The notes below the pieces were generated by a model, which saw only the letters and a list, made by a program, of their open reading frames with translations, was not told where the DNA came from and made no database searches. A stretch of 64,000 bases of DNA from Sulfurovum sp. (GTDB lineage Bacteria > Campylobacterota > Campylobacteria > Campylobacterales > Sulfurovaceae): contig JAUZSQ010000081.1 in NCBI GenBank assembly GCA_030949325.1, positions 227-64,226 of the forward strand, written 5' to 3'. Numbering within the stretch: position 1 is the stretch's first letter; each line of letters opens with the position of its first letter. A program made the position numbers and the translations under genes. Below, piece after piece: positions 22,474 to 33,695 of this stretch.

Positions 22474-23939
22474 GCTTCTTCTTTACACAGCGTCTCCAAA
22501 AGTTTGACCATCATACGCACACCAGCTCCAGAAGCACCAAAAGGGTTTTCGCCCCAAGCGTGTTCTACAAAGGCAGGCCCTGCGATATCAATATGTGCCC
22601 ATTTTTGACGATGCTTTTTATCTACAAATTCGGAGAGAAACTGTCCTGCTGTAATCGCTCCACCATAACGGCTAGACGCAATATTACATACATCAGCTAT
22701 CTCTGAACTAATCGTCTTTTTGAGATAAGGATTAAAATCCAGTGCCGTGGCTAATTCTCCTGATTTATGGGCTTCATCGACGACAAGTTTTTGTACTTTT
22801 TTGTTGTGACCCATGATAGAAGAGGTATAGTGTCCCACAGCTACTACTGAAGCCCCTGTAAGTGTAGCAAAATCAAAGAGATAATCTGATTGTACTTCTT
22901 GTTGTGCATAACACAGTACATCGGCTAAGACCAAACGTCCCTCAGCATCGGTATTGCGTATCTCAATACTTTTACCATTTTTGGCGATGAGTACATCATC
23001 AGGTTTATAGGCATCTCCTCCTATCATATTTTCTACAGCTCCTACAAAGCCATGTACTTCTATGGGTAAATCAAGCTCAGCAATGGCTTTCATGATCCCT
23101 ATGACAGCAGAACCACCACTTTTATCTGATTTCATCGTGACCATATAATCAGCAGGTTTGAGACTCAATCCTCCTGAATCATAAGTCAACCCTTTTCCAA
23201 CAAGGGTAATCACCTTTTTAGTATTTTTGGGTTTATGTGTAAGGTGAATGACCCTAGGGGTATGACGACTCGCACGAGCCACAGCAAGAAGAGTTTCCAT
23301 CTTTTCTTTTCTCAGTTGCTTAGGCTTTAAGATATTGCAAGTTAAGCCTGTCTCTTTTGCCATCTCTTGGGCAATGTCTGCCATGACCTTAGGGTAACAA
23401 TCCTCAGGTGTGGTATTGACAATATCGCGTGTAAAGTTTGTAGCATCTGCTGTAATCTCTGCTTTATGAATCAAATCAGAGGCTTGAATCATGTCTATTT
23501 CTCTTGGATGATAGGCATCAAGGCTAATGCTAATGGTTTTGATAGGATTTTTACGTTTGATAGTTTTGTACGTATCAAAACGGTACGCACCCAAGATAAA
23601 CCCTTCTACCATCGCACGAAGCGAATAGAGACAAGATTTACGGGTATAGGTCGCAATGGCAATGTTGGTATATTTACTTCCATTGAGGGCTTTGATGGCA
23701 TTGGCAGAGGCTTGACGTATGTCTGTACCTTTGAGAGAGTTTGCCCCTACATAGAGTCTGTCATGTTCTACTAGCAAACAAGTTTCATTTTGACCACAAG
23801 AAAAACCAGCTTTTTTGAGAAGCTTTTTATCTTGGACAAAACGGTGTTTGAGGTTGTTGTTAACCACGATAATCACTTCTAGGTGTGTGGATACCTTTTC
23901 TACTTCTTCTGTAGGGAGTACGGTCAGTTCAAAATTCAT
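22470..23939 (-). CDS. pepA: Leucyl aminopeptidase (M17)
   Basis: VGKGLTYDSGGLSLK, NTDAEGRL, ATLTG, HIDIAG. Confidence 0.95.
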   Translation of the reverse strand: MNFELTVLPTEEVEKVSTHLEVIIVVNNNLKHRFVQDKKLLKKAGFSCGQNETCLLVEHDRLYVGANSLKGTDIRQASANAIKALNGSKYTNIAIATYTRKSCLYSLRAMVEGFILGAYRFDTYKTIKRKNPIKTISISLDAYHPREIDMIQASDLIHKAEITADATNFTRDIVNTTPEDCYPKVMADIAQEMAKETGLTCNILKPKQLRKEKMETLLAVARASRHTPRVIHLTHKPKNTKKVITLVGKGLTYDSGGLSLKPADYMVTMKSDKSGGSAVIGIMKAIAELDLPIEVHGFVGAVENMIGGDAYKPDDVLIAKNGKSIEIRNTDAEGRLVLADVLCYAQQEVQSDYLFDFATLTGASVVAVGHYTSSIMGHNKKVQKLVVDEAHKSGELATALDFNPYLKKTISSEIADVCNIASSRYGGAITAGQFLSEFVDKKHRQKWAHIDIAGPAFVEHAWGENPFGASGAGVRMMVKLLETLCKEEA

Positions 23940-24067
23940 AAATAAGAGCCTTTTATATAGATAGGCTTAGTGTAGCTTAGTATCCTTTAAAACTTCATTT
24001 TGACATAATGTGCATTTAGTCTAGGGTTTTTAGGTTAAGGTGTTGTACACTAGAAGCAAGGAAAACT

Positions 24068-25111
24068 ATGACAAAATTTGATGAAGCAAGAGAAAGATTA
24101 AAATCAGAACAAAAAGTATGGCTTGTAACAGGTTGTGCAGGGTTTATCGGTTCTAATTTATTGGAATTCCTGCTTCAACATCATCAAAAGGTCATAGGCT
24201 TAGACAACTTCTCTACAGGACATCGGCATAATCTCTTAGAAGTAGAAGCGATTGTTGGGGCAAGGAAGTTCCAAAATTTTGTCTTTATAGAAGGTGATAT
24301 TTCTGATTATAAGACGTGCTTAGATGCGTGTAAAGGTGTAGATATTGTGCTTCATCAAGCCGCTTTAGGGTCAGTGCCTCGTTCTATAGAAAACCCTATT
24401 CGTTCCAACAATTCCAACATTACAGGTATTCTCAATCTACTCACAGCCGTAAAAGACGCTGGGATTAAGCGTTTTGTCTATGCCAGTTCTAGTTCTGTGT
24501 ATGGAGATTCTACAGAGTTACCCAAAGTAGAAGAACGCACAGGTAAGCTTCTGTCCCCGTATGCCGTCACCAAAATGACAGCCGAACTTTATGGAGGGGT
24601 CTTTGCAAGGACTTACGGCATGGAAACCATTGGATTACGTTATTTCAATGTCTATGGACGCAGACAAGACCCCAATGGTGCCTACGCAGCCGTTATCCCC
24701 AAATGGGTCTCTGCCTTACTTAAACAAGAAGAAGTCACTATCAATGGAGATGGAGAAACCAGCCGTGACTTTACCTATATAGACAATGTGGTGCAAATGA
24801 ATATACTTGCAGGTCTGAGCCAAAATAAAGCCATTTTTGGTGAAGTATTCAATGTAGCCGTAGGAGGCAGAAATACCCTCAATGAGCTTTATGCACTTAT
24901 CAATGAAACACTGGCGTTGAGCATAAAAGACTATGAGTATCAAGCTGTAAAATACAGAGATTTTAGGATGGGAGATATTCGTCATTCCAACGCGGATATA
25001 AGCAAAGCCCAAAATATGTTAGATTACAGTCCAACGCATACAATTGATGAGGGGATGGTTGAGGTTGTTGGGTGGTATGTCAAATCTTTATTATCGCAAG
25101 GTAATAGATGA
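24068..25111 (+). CDS. UDP-GlcNAc/GlcNAcA 4-epimerase (WbpP/TviC family SDR)
   Basis: TGCAGFIGSN, HQAALGSVPRSI, YAVTK, RYFNVYG, GDGETSRDF. Confidence 0.88.
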   Translation: MTKFDEARERLKSEQKVWLVTGCAGFIGSNLLEFLLQHHQKVIGLDNFSTGHRHNLLEVEAIVGARKFQNFVFIEGDISDYKTCLDACKGVDIVLHQAALGSVPRSIENPIRSNNSNITGILNLLTAVKDAGIKRFVYASSSSVYGDSTELPKVEERTGKLLSPYAVTKMTAELYGGVFARTYGMETIGLRYFNVYGRRQDPNGAYAAVIPKWVSALLKQEEVTINGDGETSRDFTYIDNVVQMNILAGLSQNKAIFGEVFNVAVGGRNTLNELYALINETLALSIKDYEYQAVKYRDFRMGDIRHSNADISKAQNMLDYSPTHTIDEGMVEVVGWYVKSLLSQGNR

Positions 25112-26198
25112 TACCTGTCACTAAAACCTATTTACCAGATAAAGATAAATATAAGCAATATGTAGATGAAATTTATGCCAATGGCTGGGTAACGAATTAT
25201 GGTCCTTTGGTGCAAAGGCTAGAAAAGAGGTTGGCTGCGTATTTAGGTGTCAAAAACTTCATCCTTGTAGGCAATGGTACTTCTGCTCTTGAAATAGCCT
25301 ATAGAACTTTAGGTATTAAGGGCTTCGCTATAACGACCCCATTTTCTTTTGTAGCTACGACAAGTTCTTTGGTAACCAATGGTATCAACCCTATTTTTGT
25401 CGATATTGATAAAGAGACTTTATGTATCGACCCTCACAAGATAGAATCCCTGATTACACCCAATACTTCGGCAATTGTTCCTGTGCATATTTTTGGCAAT
25501 TCTTGTGATATTCAAGCCATAGAAAAAGATAGCCCCAAAAGTATGATTTAAAAGTTATTTATGATGCTTCACATGCCTTTGGCATAGAATATAAAGGCAA
25601 AAATATAGGGGAGTATGGAGACATCTCAACTTTTAGTTTTCATGCAACTAAACTCTTTCATACGATTGAAGGAGGAGCATTAATAATTAATGATGATTCT
25701 CTAGTAGAGAAAGCACGATATTTGATAAACTTTGGTATTGCAAATGAAGAATCTATTCCAGAATTAGGGATAAATGCCAAAATGAATGAGTTTGAAGCCG
25801 CGATGGGTTTGTGTATGCTTGATGAAATAGCAGAGGTTACACGCAGTAGAAAGAGCATCTATGAGAGATATAAAGAAGGCTTAGATACAGTAGTAGCAAT
25901 ACCAAAATTAAATATTCATGCCAATCAAAACTATGCCTATTTTCCTATTATATTGAAAGATGAATCCCAAAGAATCGCTGTGCAAAAAGCTTTGAATAAA
26001 CATAAGATTATTCCTAGAAGATATTTTTATCCTTCTTTAGATACTCTTAGTTATATTGAACCTAAGCAATATATGCCAAACTCTAGAGATATTTCTTCTC
26101 GTATTTTAGCTTTACCCATGTATGTAGGCTTGGATGTAGGTGAACAAACAGTAGTTATCAATACTATTAGAGATGTACTAAAGGCTTTTAATGGATAA
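25108..26198 (+). CDS. DegT/DnrJ aminotransferase, VioA-like (frameshift near 25530)
   Basis: IPVTKTYLP..GWVTN, YDASHAFG, SFHATK, GINAKMNE, RRYFYPSL. Confidence 0.85.
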
Positions 26199-26667
26199 AT
26201 ATAAGATTCCTTATGTGAAAACCTTTGAATACACAAAGATTATTGGTATCGAAAATATTACATTTGGTAAGTATAATATTCTTGATGATTTTGTTTTAAT
26301 TTATGCAAAAATGCCAATAACGATAGGAAATTATGTACATATTGCTTCCTTTACTTCGATTAGTGGAGGAGGTGAGTTAGTTATGGAGGATTTTTCTGGT
26401 TTATCTTCAGGGTGTAGGATTATTACAGGTAGTGATGATTTTAAGGAGGGTGGATTTGGAAACCCTAGTATTTCTCCTCATTTCCGTAATACAAGCTTAG
26501 GAAAAGTGCATATCAAGAAGTTCGTGATTATTGGAGCCAATAGTACTATTTTACCTAATGTAGTTATCGGTGAAGGAGCAAGTATTGGAGCAGGTTCTGT
26601 GGTAAGTAAAAATTTAGAACCTTGGGGTATTTATATAGGCAATAGACAGAATAGGATGGAGAAATAA
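26191..26667 (+). CDS. Hexapeptide-repeat sugar acyltransferase (C-terminus probably extends past 26667)
   Basis: IGNYVHIA, VIIGANSTILPNVVIGEGASIGAGSVV. Confidence 0.85.
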   Translation: MDKYKIPYVKTFEYTKIIGIENITFGKYNILDDFVLIYAKMPITIGNYVHIASFTSISGGGELVMEDFSGLSSGCRIITGSDDFKEGGFGNPSISPHFRNTSLGKVHIKKFVIIGANSTILPNVVIGEGASIGAGSVVSKNLEPWGIYIGNRQNRMEK

Positions 26668-26737
26668 AATAGAAGTGCTTAAGAATTATGCCTTGTTTGA
26701 GTCTTTAGAAGAGAGTAAAAAATTAGGTTCTCTTTTT

Positions 26738-28215
26738 GTGAATAGCTTAAAATCACAAGGGATTAATGCTTTCATCTGGGACTTTTCTGGTAAGATTGTG
26801 ATGCATGGTATGACTTTTGTTGTGGCAATCATTTTAGCAAGACTCTTAGAGCCTTCTGATTTTGGACTTATTGCTATGGTCATGGTTCTTTTTGCTATGG
26901 CAGGAATATTTTCTGACATTGGACTTAGTGAAGCATTAGTCCAGAGAAAAAGGGTCTTGGCTATACATTATTCATCTGTTTTTTACTTTAATATTTTTAT
27001 GGCATCTTTGTTGAGTATAGTAAGCTTTTCCTTTGCCTATCTCATAGCAGACTTTTATAATAACCAAGACTTAATAGTATTAATACAAGTGATTTCTATT
27101 TCGTTTATATTACAGTCTCTTAATAGTGTACATATAGCACAATTTAGAAAAAACCTTAATTTTAAGGCGTTGACAAAAATAACTTTTATAGCATCTTTAT
27201 TAGGTGGAGCTTTAGGAGTGTCTTTAGCTTTTCAGGGTTTGGGTGTATGGAGTTTAGTGGTACAGCAATTAAGTACGGCTTTGATAATGAATCTTTTAAT
27301 TTGGAAAACTTCTACTTGGCGACCTCATTTAGTATTTTCTTTTAAAGCTTTAACTCAGTTATGGAATTTTGGGTTTAGAATATTTTTGTCAGCCTTATTA
27401 GATAAGGTTTTTTCAAGATTAGATATTATTATTATTGCTAAACTATTTCCTCCTGCTATGCTTGGTTTTTCAAAGAGCTAAATCTTTAGAAGGATTGGCT
27501 ATTTTCTTATGGAGCAGGAAGTTTAGTTTCTGTTTTGTTTCCTGTTTTAAGTAAAGTAAAGAATGATTTAGCAAAATTTCAAAATATTATTATGAAGTCT
27601 TTAGGTATTATCTCTTTTGTGACTTTCTTTCTTTTGGGTTTATTATTTCTTATCTCAGAAGAATTAATTATCATACTATTTTCAGAAAAGTGGTTAGCTT
27701 CGGCAAGTCTTTTTCAACTTATCATTTTAAGTAGTTTTGCGTACCCTGTGAGTGCATTACTTGTGAATATCTTAAGTAGTAGGGGAAATTCAAAAGCATT
27801 TTTAAAATTGGAAGTGTATAAAAAAATCATATTAGCTATAAATTTATATATTGGTTTTTTATGGGGTATTGAAGGTTATCTCTATGGATTTATTATTGTT
27901 TCTATACTTTCTGTATATTTAAATATAGTATTTGCTTCGGCTGAAATAAATATACCAAAGGTCATATTTATTCGACCTATTATCATTCAAGCGATACTTA
28001 CTATTTTGATTACCTTCTTTATTTTTTATATCAATATAGGGCTAGATTATTCAAATGTTATGATGTTATTCATCAAAGGCTTAGAATTTAGTATTGTGTA
28101 TTTAGCGATAAATTATTTTTTTAATATCCAATCTTATAGATATTTTATTGAACAATTTATTCCTTTTTGGCATAGTCTTAAAATTATAAAAAGAAAGAAA
28201 AAAATATATGATTAG
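26738..28215 (+). CDS. wzx: Polysaccharide flippase Wzx (frameshift near 27475)
   Basis: ILARLLEPSDFGLIAM, many TM helices, LFPVLSKV. Confidence 0.9.
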
Positions 28216-29242
28216 TAAAACAGAACTTGAAATAATGAAAGACTGGAAAGGGGACTTACATCAGCCCATTGTAAGTATTTGTTCCATTACTTATAATCAT
28301 GAAAAGTTTATAGAAGAAGCCTTAGATAGTTTTTTAATGCAAGAGACTAATTTGCCTTTTGAAATTATTATTGATGATGATTTTTCAAAAGATGAGACAG
28401 CTAGTATTATTAGAAAATATGAAAGAAATTTTCCTAGAATAGTAAAAGCAAGGCTAAGGACAAATAATATTGGTATGATAAATAATTATACTAAAAATGT
28501 AGCAAGGGCAAAAGGAAAGTATATAGCACTTTGTGAAGGTGATGATTATTGGACTGATGCTAAAAAAATTCAAAGACAAGTAGATTTTTTGGATAAAAAT
28601 ACAACATTTGTCTTTTGTTTTCATGATTATGATACATGGAATGAAGAAGAGAAAACTTATATTAAAAATGTCTCTGCTCATCATTCTAATTTTCCTATAA
28701 ATTCAGAATATTCAGCCACAAAAATACTTTTAGGACCATTTGTGACAGCTACTTTGACACTTATGTATCGTAATATTTTAGACAGACCTCTTTGTCTTAA
28801 TACGCTTCCTTTTGGGGATAAATCATTTGAAAAATTATTGGCTTTTTATGGGAAAGGATATTTCTTAAATGATTCTATGGCATGTTATCGTAATCATGCT
28901 AAAGGTATTTCTAAAGATTTACTATGGCAAGAACGCATGAGTAATCAAGAAATGATAAATATTGACCTTTATGAATGTCTTAAGAAATCTTTTTTTCCTA
29001 AATATATAGAAGTACTCAATTGCAGAATTAATTATCATAAAATGCTTCTGGAAAACGGTAAAAATATCCAAGTAATAAACAAATATATAAAACTAAGTAG
29101 AAGTGGTTTTTTTGATAAAAGTTTATTAAGGATGCGTTTAGTATCTAGGCTCTATTTTCCTATGAGTATGGCTAATGCTTTTGAAAAATTGTATTATCAA
29201 ATATATAAATTATTTTTAACTCCTAATATTAAGGAAAAATAG
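28208..29242 (+). CDS. GT2 glycosyltransferase
   Basis: VSICSITYNHEKFI, IDDDFS, ALCEGDDYW. Confidence 0.9.
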   Translation: MISKTELEIMKDWKGDLHQPIVSICSITYNHEKFIEEALDSFLMQETNLPFEIIIDDDFSKDETASIIRKYERNFPRIVKARLRTNNIGMINNYTKNVARAKGKYIALCEGDDYWTDAKKIQRQVDFLDKNTTFVFCFHDYDTWNEEEKTYIKNVSAHHSNFPINSEYSATKILLGPFVTATLTLMYRNILDRPLCLNTLPFGDKSFEKLLAFYGKGYFLNDSMACYRNHAKGISKDLLWQERMSNQEMINIDLYECLKKSFFPKYIEVLNCRINYHKMLLENGKNIQVINKYIKLSRSGFFDKSLLRMRLVSRLYFPMSMANAFEKLYYQIYKLFLTPNIKEK

Positions 29243-29256
29243 TGTACTGTAAACAA

Positions 29257-29276
29257 GGTTAGTTATTGAATTAATC
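29257..29276 (+). promoter_or_regulatory. Conserved 20-bp element upstream of pilin gene 1 (GGTTAGTTATTGAATTAATC)
   Basis: Identical to 47219-47238 upstream of pilin gene 2; function unknown. Confidence 0.6.
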
Positions 29277-29302
29277 TAATATAGCGTTACTAGGAGTTTA
29301 TA

Positions 29303-29662
29303 ATGTTAAAAATGAGACAAGGATTCACGATGATTGAATTAATTTTTGTGATAGTGATAATAGGGATATTGGCATCCATAGCCATACCTAAATTATCTGC
29401 AACGAGAGATGATGCTAAAGATGTACAAATATTGGCTAATGTTAAATTATGTGTTAATGATCTGATTAATGAATATGCAGTAAAGGGAAAATCGGTAGAT
29501 GTATCTAAAGGGGAACTGGTATCATGTCAAGCAGACGGAATACTACAGATAATAGATGCACCTAATGGGAGAGGTTATGAGATACTTATTAGTTATAAAT
29601 TGGAAGCTCAACCTCGAGTGCAAAAATCCTTTAATTATGCAGGTAATTTTGTAGTATATTAA
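29303..29662 (+). CDS. Prepilin-type N-terminal cleavage/methylation protein (type IV pilin/pseudopilin-like)
   Basis: RQG|FTMIELIFVIVIIGILASIAIPKL with Glu5; SD AGGAG. Confidence 0.9.
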   Translation: MLKMRQGFTMIELIFVIVIIGILASIAIPKLSATRDDAKDVQILANVKLCVNDLINEYAVKGKSVDVSKGELVSCQADGILQIIDAPNGRGYEILISYKLEAQPRVQKSFNYAGNFVVY

Positions 29663-29710
29663 AAGTTTTGATATGTAATTAGAAAAAGGTACTTTAGTAA
29701 AGCAATAAAT

Positions 29711-30646
29711 ATGTTAAATAAAATAGTCAATAAAATAAAGTTACGATATTACGATAGGGATAGTTGGAATTATTTTCTGATACTATTAAAACTAAAATAT
29801 AAAGAGCATAGTGCTGAGAATAAATCATTTTTATTTCTAAAGGTATTAAATCTAAAAATTCCTAGAAATAGATTTATATTCTTACTTAAAGCTTATGACC
29901 ATGCATTAAAACTTGTTGAATGTACTGATGCTGTTTTTACTATAGAAGAGAATAGAGTGTACATTAGTGTAGCAGAGTTAAAATTTGAAGTACAAACAGA
30001 AGAAGAGTTGTTTATACTCAAAGAAATATTTATTGATGGTGTGTATAATTTTCATCTTGTAGAAGCTATAGATAATTATATCCTTATTGACATAGGGATG
30101 AATGTTTCTTATGCTTCATGTTATTTTGTAAAAGTAAAGAAAATACCCCATATTATTTCTTTTGAACCATTTATACCTACTTATACACAAGCAAAAATGA
30201 ATATTCACTTAAATAATCTTGAGAATCGTATTGATGCTCGTAACTATGGATTGGGTAAGTCTGATAATGTTCTATCTGTAGAATATACTCCTGAGTTTAA
30301 AGGTCAAATGAACATGCATGGTACAGAGTATATTCGCTCAAGGATTAGGGAATCTAGCAGAGAAGATATTACGATTAAAAAAGCATTTGAACCTTTGAGT
30401 ATAATTGAGGAAGCTTATCCATCTAAAAGATTTATTTTAAAAATAGATTGTGAAGGTGCAGAATATGATTTAATAGAGGAAATCCCTCATGAGATGCTTC
30501 GTAGATGTGATGTGATTATGATGGAGTGGCATGAACAAGGTTCTCTATTGATAGAGTCATGGTTAAAAAGACATAGATTTATACTTATGTCATTTGAGCC
30601 TTTATCCAAAAGAGCAGGTATGATATATGCTATTAAAAGTAAATAA
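29711..30646 (+). CDS. FkbM-family methyltransferase
   Basis: IDIGMNV, ISFEPF, LKIDCEGAEY. Confidence 0.88.
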   Translation: MLNKIVNKIKLRYYDRDSWNYFLILLKLKYKEHSAENKSFLFLKVLNLKIPRNRFIFLLKAYDHALKLVECTDAVFTIEENRVYISVAELKFEVQTEEELFILKEIFIDGVYNFHLVEAIDNYILIDIGMNVSYASCYFVKVKKIPHIISFEPFIPTYTQAKMNIHLNNLENRIDARNYGLGKSDNVLSVEYTPEFKGQMNMHGTEYIRSRIRESSREDITIKKAFEPLSIIEEAYPSKRFILKIDCEGAEYDLIEEIPHEMLRRCDVIMMEWHEQGSLLIESWLKRHRFILMSFEPLSKRAGMIYAIKSK

Positions 30647-31430
30647 AACACATTATAGTTATATCATTACTTCTGGATGGTGGTCAATTGAAGAGGAGAA
30701 AGATGATAGACTTATAAAGTGTGGTGATGCACATATTAGGAGTTCTTCCTTTCATCAACTATGGACTAAGGCTATTGACAAATATACATTAGCCAAAAAA
30801 GTATATATTATTGATTCAAATGCACCTATTAAACCCAAGATAGATAGTCAGAATGAAGTATTATTTTCACTTTTAGAAAATGCAGGACATTCTACTAATC
30901 ATAGTGGTAAACTCTGTGGTGTTTCACGCGCACATCTTTTGGGTATGAGTTTAGCTCTTGTCAATGAGGTAGAGTATTGGGTTTATATTGAACAAGATGC
31001 ACTCATTTATGGCGATGGGATTATAGAAGAATGTATAAAGAAGATGAAAAAACCGTATATGTTTGGTAATGGTTGGGGAACTCCTCAACCTACGCAACAA
31101 TCCTTTATGATTATTAAAAGTGATGCTATCGCAAGTTTTATTCAAAAATTTTCTGCGATTAAAGCTACAGACAATGAGATAAGTCCTGAGACTAAGTTTG
31201 CGATAGCTACTTCACGATTTTTAGGCTTATTGCCTGAGTTCTTATTTAAAAATATTCATACTAAGAGTATAAAGAATAGAATATTATGGAGATTATTTAC
31301 AGTGTTTCAAGGTTTTGATAGCATCCCTTTTGGATATGGTCGGGTACGCCCTATAGATTTTTCTGATGAATACTTTTATTTTCAACATGGAAGCAAGACT
31401 GAACTTGATAAATATATATTGATTTCCTAG
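30627..31430 (+). CDS. Hypothetical protein, possible GT-A-fold glycosyltransferase
   Basis: YWVYIEQDAL (DxD-like); inside glycan locus. Confidence 0.45.
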   Translation: MLLKVNKTHYSYIITSGWWSIEEEKDDRLIKCGDAHIRSSSFHQLWTKAIDKYTLAKKVYIIDSNAPIKPKIDSQNEVLFSLLENAGHSTNHSGKLCGVSRAHLLGMSLALVNEVEYWVYIEQDALIYGDGIIEECIKKMKKPYMFGNGWGTPQPTQQSFMIIKSDAIASFIQKFSAIKATDNEISPETKFAIATSRFLGLLPEFLFKNIHTKSIKNRILWRLFTVFQGFDSIPFGYGRVRPIDFSDEYFYFQHGSKTELDKYILIS

Positions 31431-31443
31431 GCTTTATAAAACT

Positions 31444-32579
31444 ATGAAAAAAATCCTTCATATCACAAATTGGTATCCTAATAAATGGAATCATTTAGAG
31501 GGCTTATTTGTACAAGAACATTTCAAGCTTTTTTCAGAAGATAATCTTACACATTTGATACATGTAGAAGTACGAAATGGTCAAAAAGTTTTTGACTATG
31601 AATATATTAGATATTCAGAAGATGAAGAAGGCTATTATCTTTTAACGAAAATTACATCAACTAAATTATTAGAGTTACTAACAAGTCTTTTGCTCTTATG
31701 GGTACTTTTTAAATCCAAGTATAATAGATATGATGCTCACATTTTCATATAGCATATCCATTGTTAAGCTATTATTATTGTTGGAAACATATCATTAAAA
31801 GACCTATCTTAATATCAGAACATTGGTCTGCGTATCATTTTAACTTTTATATGCCTTGGGAGAGTAAAAAACTAGAAAGAATTAAGAAAATATTTAGACA
31901 AAATATTCCTATTATTACAGTCTCTAAAACCTTACTCAATGATATAGAAAACTTTTCAAATACTCAAATACCTTCTTCTATAATTATTCCTAATGTCATA
32001 GACCAAAGTACTTTTTTTTATAATAAAAAAGAAAATAATCAGGTAAGCACTTTTTTTTCTGTAAACCACATTGGAGAGATATTAAAAATCCTTTTCCTAT
32101 GCTAGAAGGCTTTGCTTTATTAGCATCTAATAATATTCCTTTTAGGCTTATTTTAGGTGGGTATGGAGATATTGTCGTAAAGATGAAAAATTTTGTAGAG
32201 ACTAAAGGCTTCTCTGATACAAGTAGCATTTATTGGAAAGATGGACAAAAAAGAGATAGCTTGTACTTTAGCCCAAAGTGATGGATATTTAATTGCTTCA
32301 AACTATGAGACCTTTTCTGTGGTATCTGCTCAAGCACTTTGCTGTGGTGTACCTATTATTGGTTCAAAACTTTCTGCAATAGAAGAATATGCAGACAAAG
32401 AGTGCTATCTATCTTTAGATGAAAATAATCCAAAGGATTGGATGATAAAATTACTTTATTTTATAAAGAATAAAAATATGTACAATCATAAGAATATTGC
32501 ATTAAAGGCTAATATTACTTTGGATAATCATCGTATTAAAACTTTATATAAGCAGACTTTAGAGAAATGGTTTGGATAA
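31444..32579 (+). CDS. GT4 glycosyltransferase (four fragments, frameshifted)
   Basis: HITNWYP, LISEHWS, SNYETFSVVSAQALCCGVPII. Confidence 0.75.
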
Positions 32580-33681
32580 TATGAAAAAGACTCAAATACT
32601 CATCATTTCTCCAGAAGCATGGGATACACATTTTGTATCTAAACACCATTATGCTATCACTTTAGCATCGGAAGGATATATAGTATATTTTTTAAATCCT
32701 CCTAATAATAATGTAAAGACCATAGAAATAGCTACAACAAAATATCAAAACCTCTACACTATGACAGACAACAAAGTAGCTAGAGGATTGAGATTTTATC
32801 CAAGGTTTGTTAGAGAATATATTCAAAGAAAGTGGTTAAAAAAAGTAGAGAGAAATATAGGTAAGCAATTTGATACTGTATGGCTTTTTGAGAATTCTAG
32901 GTTTTATGATATGGGGTTTGCAGATGATAGACTTAAAATTTATCATCAAGTAGATTTAAATCAAAACTTTCATAAAAAGAGGCTAGTTTGAGTGCTGATA
33001 TATGTTTTGGTACAAGTGATTATATAATCAAAGAGATAAAAAAATATAATCAAAAAACCTATAAACTAACCCATGGACTCTCACAAACTAAAGAGTCATT
33101 AGATATATATATGGAGACTTATTTTAAACAAAGAGAGATAAATGTAGTCTATATAGGAAATCTTGATATAGTAGTTTTTGGATATAGAGTTACTCAAATC
33201 TACTGATAACAAAGACATAGAGATGTTACTTTCCACTTAGTAGGCAGTTATAATAAAGATAAAAAAACTTTTACCTCTACTCAATAAGTTAGCAAATATT
33301 ATATGGTGGGGTAGGGTAGAGAGTGCTATTATACCCTCTATATTGGAGAGATGTGATATATCGCTACTGGTATATAGAGTCAATAGTGAGTATGATAAAG
33401 AGCAGTTGTCTAACCCTCATAAACTTATGGAGTATCTCTCTTCAGGCAAAGTAGTAGTAGCTACATACACAGATGAGTATAAAGATAAAAGATATTTATT
33501 GGAAATGTTAGATAACTCTAAAGATTATATACAAAAGTTTGATGAAGTAGTCAATAATTTAGCTTTTCATAACTCAAAAGAAAAACAAGCACAGAGAATA
33601 CACTTTGCCAAAGAACATTCTTATGAAAAACAAATACTAAAGATAGTTGAGTATTTAAAACGCTATAATCTAAAACTCTAA
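32572..33681 (+). CDS. GT-B glycosyltransferase, TuaH-like (frameshifted)
   Basis: SKHHYA, HGLS, YIGNL, PHKLMEYLSSGKVVV. Confidence 0.72.
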
Positions 33682-33695
33682 AGAGAAAGGTAGAT

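Noticed and set aside
29257-29276. Pilin motif as an integron attC core or sigma54 promoter
   Set aside because: GTTAGTT deviates from GTTRRRY; no inverse core, attC stem or integrase; no GG-N10-GC spacing
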